Source: Candidatus Thermofontivivens primus (lineage in GTDB: Bacteria > Sysuimicrobiota > Sysuimicrobiia > Sysuimicrobiales > Thermofontiviventaceae). Taken from it: 64,000 nucleotides of DNA. The translations under genes and the position numbers were made by a program. Of this stretch, positions 59,363-64,000 are shown piece after piece. The notes beneath the pieces were generated by a model. The model did no database searches. It saw only the letters and a program-made list of their open reading frames with translations, and had not been told where the DNA came from. The stretch is from the NCBI GenBank assembly GCA_031458695.1, contig JAVKJW010000001.1, forward strand, positions 292,248-356,247, written 5' to 3'. Numbering within the stretch: the stretch's first letter is position 1; each line of letters opens with the position of its first letter.

Positions 59363-61057
59363 ATGGGGCGGCGGGATCAGCGACAATTCCTGGGGGAACT
59401 CCTCGTCGAGGGAGGTTTCATCACACCTGCCCAGCTGGAGGAGGCACTGAATTACCAGCGGGCCAATGGGGGGCGCTTAGGCGAGGTGCTGGTGAAGTTA
59501 GGTATGGCAGATCAGGGAACGATCGCCAAAGCCCTGGGCCAGCAGCTTGGGCTTCAAACACTGAAACTCGCTCCCTCTCACCTCCGCGAGGATGTCCTCT
59601 CCCTCGTTCCTGAGCCCCTTGCCCGCCAGCACCGGGTCATCCCCATTAGCAAGGAGAATGGCGTCCTAACCCTGGGGATGGTGGATCCCCTGGACATCCT
59701 GGCCCAGGACGACATCCGGCGTCTCACCGGGCTAGAGGTCCGGCCCGCGGTGATCACGGAAGAAGACTTCCACCGGGTGATCACCCAGTATCCGACCGAC
59801 GACCGGCGCGTTGAGGAGGAACTGGCCTCCCTGAAGGTTGAGGAAGAGCTCGGGGTGGACCAGCTCAAGGTGCTGGTGGAGGAGGCGCCGGTTGTTCGCT
59901 TGGTCAACCGGTTGATCACAGAGGCGGTGCGGAAGCGAGCCAGCGACATCCATATCGAACCTCAGGACAAGCGGGTTCGGGTGCGCTACCGGATCGATGG
60001 GGTTCTCTACCAGGTCATGACGCTTCCCAAGCACATTCAGCCTGCCCTCGTGTCCCGGATCAAGATCATGGCTGAGATGGACATCGCCGAGCGCAGGCAG
60101 CCCCAGGATGGGCGTATCTATGTGCGCGTAGATAACACCGATTACGACATCCGCGTCTCCACCATTCCGACGGTGTATGGGGAGAAGGTAGTCCTGCGCA
60201 ACCTGGACAGGAGCACCGCCCTGCTCAGCCTAGATCGGTTGGGGCTGCTTCCAGACGATCTGGAAAAACTCCAAAGCATCATCTCCAAGCCGTACGGGAT
60301 GTTTCTCCTGACGGGTCCCACAGGGAGTGGGAAGACGACGACGCTCTATGCCATCCTCAACCGCCTGAACTCCCCGGAGGTCAACATCCTCACGGTGGAG
60401 GATCCCGTGGAGTACCAGCTCCACGGGATCAACCAGGTCCAGGTCAACCCCAAAGCAGGGGTGACCTTCGCCCGGGCGCTGCGCCACTTCCTGCGCCAGG
60501 ACCCGGATATCATCATGGTCGGGGAGATCCGCGACGAGGAGACAGCGCGCATTGCCGTCCATGCTGCCCTCACAGGACACCTTGTCCTCTCCACCTTGCA
60601 CACCAACGATGCCGCAGGGGCATTCACCCGGCTGTTGGACATGGGCATCGAGCCATACCTCGTCTCCTCCTCCGTCATCGGGGCGGCAGCGCAACGTCTG
60701 GTCCGCACCTTGTGTCCCCGTTGCAAGGTTCCCTACGAGCCAACTCCTGAACTCCTCGCACGCCTCGGCCTCAATGCCGGTGGAGGCAAGAATTCTCAGG
60801 GCTACACCTTTTTCAGGCCTGTGGGGTGCGAGGAGTGCAATACAATTGGATACCGAGGGAGGGTGGGGGTGTTCGAGATCCTGAAGGTGGAGGAGGAGAT
60901 CCGTCGCCTCATTACGGCGCGAGCACCTGGAACGGCGATCAAAGAAGCGGCTATCCGGCTAGGCATGCGGACCCTCCAGCGAGACGGGATCGAGAAGGTG
61001 ATCTTGGGGATCACCTCGGTGGAGGAGGTCCTCCGTGTGGTGCACGTGGAAGAGTAG
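59363..61057 (+). CDS. pilB: PilB/GspE assembly ATPase 2 with MshEN-like N-terminus
   Basis: Same ATPase motifs; RLGEVLVKLG; CPRC/CEEC. Confidence 0.92.
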   Translation: MGRRDQRQFLGELLVEGGFITPAQLEEALNYQRANGGRLGEVLVKLGMADQGTIAKALGQQLGLQTLKLAPSHLREDVLSLVPEPLARQHRVIPISKENGVLTLGMVDPLDILAQDDIRRLTGLEVRPAVITEEDFHRVITQYPTDDRRVEEELASLKVEEELGVDQLKVLVEEAPVVRLVNRLITEAVRKRASDIHIEPQDKRVRVRYRIDGVLYQVMTLPKHIQPALVSRIKIMAEMDIAERRQPQDGRIYVRVDNTDYDIRVSTIPTVYGEKVVLRNLDRSTALLSLDRLGLLPDDLEKLQSIISKPYGMFLLTGPTGSGKTTTLYAILNRLNSPEVNILTVEDPVEYQLHGINQVQVNPKAGVTFARALRHFLRQDPDIIMVGEIRDEETARIAVHAALTGHLVLSTLHTNDAAGAFTRLLDMGIEPYLVSSSVIGAAAQRLVRTLCPRCKVPYEPTPELLARLGLNAGGGKNSQGYTFFRPVGCEECNTIGYRGRVGVFEILKVEEEIRRLITARAPGTAIKEAAIRLGMRTLQRDGIEKVILGITSVEEVLRVVHVEE

Positions 61058-61152
61058 GGCAGGTCCCTCCTTTTCGTGGAGCATTCCCGTGGAGGGGTAT
61101 GGGTTTTGCTCCTACGCTGTGGTGCTGACCAGATGGATCTCGTGAAGCAGAT

Positions 61153-62364
61153 ATGGCCGTCTTCCGTTACAGCGCAAGAGACAGCTCGGGCCGCGTTCTG
61201 ACCGGGACCATCGAGGCCGACAATGAGGCCATGGTGGTTGCGAAGCTCCAGGAGATGGGGTTCTTCATCACTCGCCTGGAGGAAGAGCGCAGGCGCTTCG
61301 ATCTCGGGGTGGCATTCCGGCGATTCCAGCGCATTGGCCTGCGAGACCTCACCGTGTTCAGCCGCCAGTTCGCCACGATGGTCAACGCCGGGCTCTCCAT
61401 TGTACGGACCCTCACCATCCTGGAGTCCCAAACAGAAAACGCGCGTCTGCGTGAGATCATCGGGGTCGTGCGAAGGGATGTGGAGGAAGGGAGCCCTCTC
61501 TCCGACGCGATGGCCAAGCACCCAGATGCGTTTAGTAGCCTCGTGGTCAATATGGTGCGGGCAGGGGAAGTTGGGGGAGTCCTCGACGATGTTCTCCAGC
61601 GTATCGCCTCGTTCTTTGAAAAGGATCTTGCCCTCCGCCAGAAGGTGCGGGCTGCCATCACCTACCCTCTCGTGGTCTTCACCTTCGCCGTTGGCATCGT
61701 CCTCTTCCTTGTCTTCTTCATCCTCCCTCAATTCGTCGCTTTCTTTGAAGGTCTTGACCTCGTGCTGCCCCTTCCTACACGGATCCTGATGGCCACCACC
61801 CGCTTCATGACGGCGCGCTGGTACGTCCTTCTCGCCTTGATCGTCCTCTTGGTGTATGGCTTCAGGAGCTACATCCGGACCCCGGAGGGGAGGATGTGGT
61901 GGGATCGGTGGAAGCTCAACATGCCCTTGTTCGGTCCCCTGGTACGGAAGGTCAGCATCTCCCGGTTCAGCCGGACCTTCGCCACCCTGCTGGCGAGCGC
62001 CGTGCCCATCATTCAGGCGCTGGACGTGGTGGGGCGGGCAGTGGACAATAAGGTCTTTGAGAAAGCTACAGAGCAGGTGAAGAGCAGTATTCGCGAGGGA
62101 GAGAGTATCTCCGGGCCGCTTCAGCAGAGCGGGATCTTCCCGCCGATGGTCATCCACATGGTCTCAGTTGGGGAAGAGACGGGGAACCTGGACGGGATGC
62201 TCCAGAAGGTGGCGGATTTCTACGATCAGGAAGTGGAGACGATGCTCAGCCAGCTCACCTCCATCCTGGAGCCGCTCCTCATCCTGTTCCTGGGAGTTAT
62301 TGTAGGGTTTATCGTGCTCTCCTTCTATCTGCCGCTGTATCAATTGATTACGGGCATCCGGTAG
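61153..62364 (+). CDS. pilC: PilC/GspF platform protein
   Basis: FSRQFATM, GEVGGVL, GEETGNL, LEP. Confidence 0.93.
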   Translation: MAVFRYSARDSSGRVLTGTIEADNEAMVVAKLQEMGFFITRLEEERRRFDLGVAFRRFQRIGLRDLTVFSRQFATMVNAGLSIVRTLTILESQTENARLREIIGVVRRDVEEGSPLSDAMAKHPDAFSSLVVNMVRAGEVGGVLDDVLQRIASFFEKDLALRQKVRAAITYPLVVFTFAVGIVLFLVFFILPQFVAFFEGLDLVLPLPTRILMATTRFMTARWYVLLALIVLLVYGFRSYIRTPEGRMWWDRWKLNMPLFGPLVRKVSISRFSRTFATLLASAVPIIQALDVVGRAVDNKVFEKATEQVKSSIREGESISGPLQQSGIFPPMVIHMVSVGEETGNLDGMLQKVADFYDQEVETMLSQLTSILEPLLILFLGVIVGFIVLSFYLPLYQLITGIR

Positions 62365-62444
62365 GCTGGCTCTTTTTGGTATGGCCAGAATGGTAGAGGC
62401 GCCCGTATTTCCTTTCCCTTGATGGGAGAAGGGGTGAGAATGAG

Positions 62445-62933
62445 ATGGAGGAGATGCGCCCCATTGTCCGTGCAACGCGACCACGCCGGTGGCTGAGGGG
62501 CCTGGGATTCCTTATCCTGGCCTCGTTGCTCATAGCTTTGGGCGCTTTCCTCGGCATCCTCGTTTCTTCCTCTCCTTACCTCTCGCTTCCCTGGAGCGTC
62601 TCGGAACGCCTTCCACCGCCTGATCCGACCCGGACGGCGACTTTCACTGGATCCGGGGTCGAGCTCGGTGATCTCCTCCTCTCCCTGGTGAGAGAGGTGG
62701 ACAGGGCGGAAGACGAACTAGTAGCCTCAGGAGGTTCTCGGGTTCAGGTAGGTGGGCTTGACATGGAGCTCAGGGTGCTCGCCGTGCAGGGGGGAGAAGG
62801 GAAGCTCCTTTTCCAGCTCCCGGGGCCAGGGTACGCAGGCAGGCCAGATGTCCTTACGACAATCAAGGTAAAGCTCCTGCCGCGTCCAACGAAAGTCGAG
62901 ATGCAGCCTGGGGGCACGGGGAGATCCGAATAG
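62445..62933 (+). CDS. Hypothetical membrane-anchored protein, possible Trypco2-like domain
   Basis: One TM segment followed by VELGDLLLSLVREV...LDMELRV...TTIKVKLLP. Confidence 0.5.
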   Translation: MEEMRPIVRATRPRRWLRGLGFLILASLLIALGAFLGILVSSSPYLSLPWSVSERLPPPDPTRTATFTGSGVELGDLLLSLVREVDRAEDELVASGGSRVQVGGLDMELRVLAVQGGEGKLLFQLPGPGYAGRPDVLTTIKVKLLPRPTKVEMQPGGTGRSE

Positions 62934-63010
62934 AAGGTATATCCAGCCTATGGGCTAGGAGATCTTGCGCAGCTGGGCCTCTTGACTCATTCCCACTGTT
63001 TTCCTCCGAA

Positions 63011-63736
63011 TCACCTTCCTGCAAGTTGTTCCTTGACGATCCGCACAGCGTCCGCGTAGCTAATCCAAAGCCCGGTCTGCTGGTAGATAAGGTAGCGGAG
63101 GTAACCGGGGAGGGAGAGGTTTTTGGTCTCCGGGCTGTAGGGACGAAGCTTGGAGACATCAGGATAGGAAGTGGGACTGGAAGGGGCGATCCCCGGTGCC
63201 TTCTGGGAGCTTTCCGGAGGGGTTCCCCCGGCACCTGAAGATGCAGTTATCTGGGGCCGGAAGACGTAGACGACCACGACGGTCTGGTTCTCTAGCCCAA
63301 ATGCAATACCAAGATGGGGATAGGCGATCCCCTTATATCCTTCAACGACTGTGTTGATGGAGTTTGTCCCGTAGGCTGCGGTGATCTCCTCGAGACGCGA
63401 GCCCACCCCGATGTCTTCCCGAGTCCGCAACAAGCTGTTCGTCGTGGAGACCCCTGTAACGACACCATCCCTGGCGTAGACCGTGATCCCGTACCGCCAG
63501 AAGATGTAGAGCACATCCTGACCTGCGGTGCGGACCTCGCTTGGCACCCCAAATCTTGCCAAGATCCGCAGGATGCTCTCCTCGAGCCTGATGCCTGCCA
63601 GGGAAGCACCGGGGGCAACGAGGGTGGGCCCTGTCTGGGCTGATTGGCGCTGCTGGGCGCCGACGACCACCAGAGTACCAGCCACAAGGAGCAACAACAG
63701 GAGGATTCCGGCGACCCAACGGACCATCTTTAGCAT
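63011..63736 (-). CDS. Hypothetical exported protein
   Basis: Signal peptide/TM, two similar small domains (GIRLEES.. / IGVGSRLEE..), Pro/Ser linker. Confidence 0.65.
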   Translation of the reverse strand: MLKMVRWVAGILLLLLLVAGTLVVVGAQQRQSAQTGPTLVAPGASLAGIRLEESILRILARFGVPSEVRTAGQDVLYIFWRYGITVYARDGVVTGVSTTNSLLRTREDIGVGSRLEEITAAYGTNSINTVVEGYKGIAYPHLGIAFGLENQTVVVVYVFRPQITASSGAGGTPPESSQKAPGIAPSSPTSYPDVSKLRPYSPETKNLSLPGYLRYLIYQQTGLWISYADAVRIVKEQLAGR

Positions 63737-64000
63737 CCCCCAAGCTTCTGGAGCATTTCCTAGGCCATACTCATGGCTACTTTTCGCTTTCCCTCCCCTT
63801 GGTTCCAGGTTGCTTGGGGAGAGAGGATGGATTAGTTATTCGATGCGCTGTGGAGGTTTCCCTTGTCGGAGAAATCATAAAATCATACTTGTTCTCGCTA
63901 GTCTCCTGCTATCAGCCCTCCGAAGTTCTCGTGCATGTCTAAATCCCTTACAAGTGGGGTATATTCCTAAGTGACTGCCATCATAGAGCACAGTGGACTT

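Noticed and set aside
57296..61152. SigB/SigF-type promoters upstream of pilB1 or pilC (e.g. GGGTAT near 61095)
   Set aside because: No matching -35 element at a proper spacing; cannot be supported by eye.
1..64000. CRISPR array, IS element, prophage or rRNA
   Set aside because: No regularly spaced repeats, transposase, integrase, phage or rRNA signatures seen.

Overview
This is a gene-dense, GC-rich bacterial core-genome window with no integrase, transposase, prophage or CRISPR array visible. Thermophile-style polyamine genes, an archaeal-type ATP-dependent ligase, Mla-type lipid transport, T-boxes and Firmicutes-like small genes (YqzL, DUF1292, YqeG) suggest a thermophilic diderm Terrabacteria lineage, possibly Armatimonadota-related; this is inference only. 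In order, the window holds: mlaE/mlaF; a T-box-led leuS-comEA-mazG-like-dipeptidase block; pdaD-speE-speB, an ATP-dependent ligase and a second aminopropyltransferase; a split acyl/aryl-CoA ligase + HAAT ABC cluster; rplU-rpmA-obg-nadD-rsfS; infC-rpmI-rplT-ktrBA-trmH; yqzL and T-box-led pheST; cvpA-polX-mpg-mutS2-tyrS-tRNA-Ile; DUF1292-mltG-yqeG; a TPP/FAD/racemase/ABC catabolic cluster; and a type IV pilus motor locus. The first highlight is a complete tRNA-Ala(GGC) gene inside Stem III of the Leu-specific leuS T-box leader, between the specifier and the antiterminator. The second is a pair of c-di-GMP-I riboswitches with different expression platforms: a terminator before pilT-pilU, and SD sequestration before a SigB/F-like sigma factor that precedes two MshEN-bearing pilB paralogues. 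Also noted are a dispersed family of intergenic palindromes and a 41-aa YqzL-like ORF missed by the ORF track. All calls come from motif recognition by eye; no searches were run.
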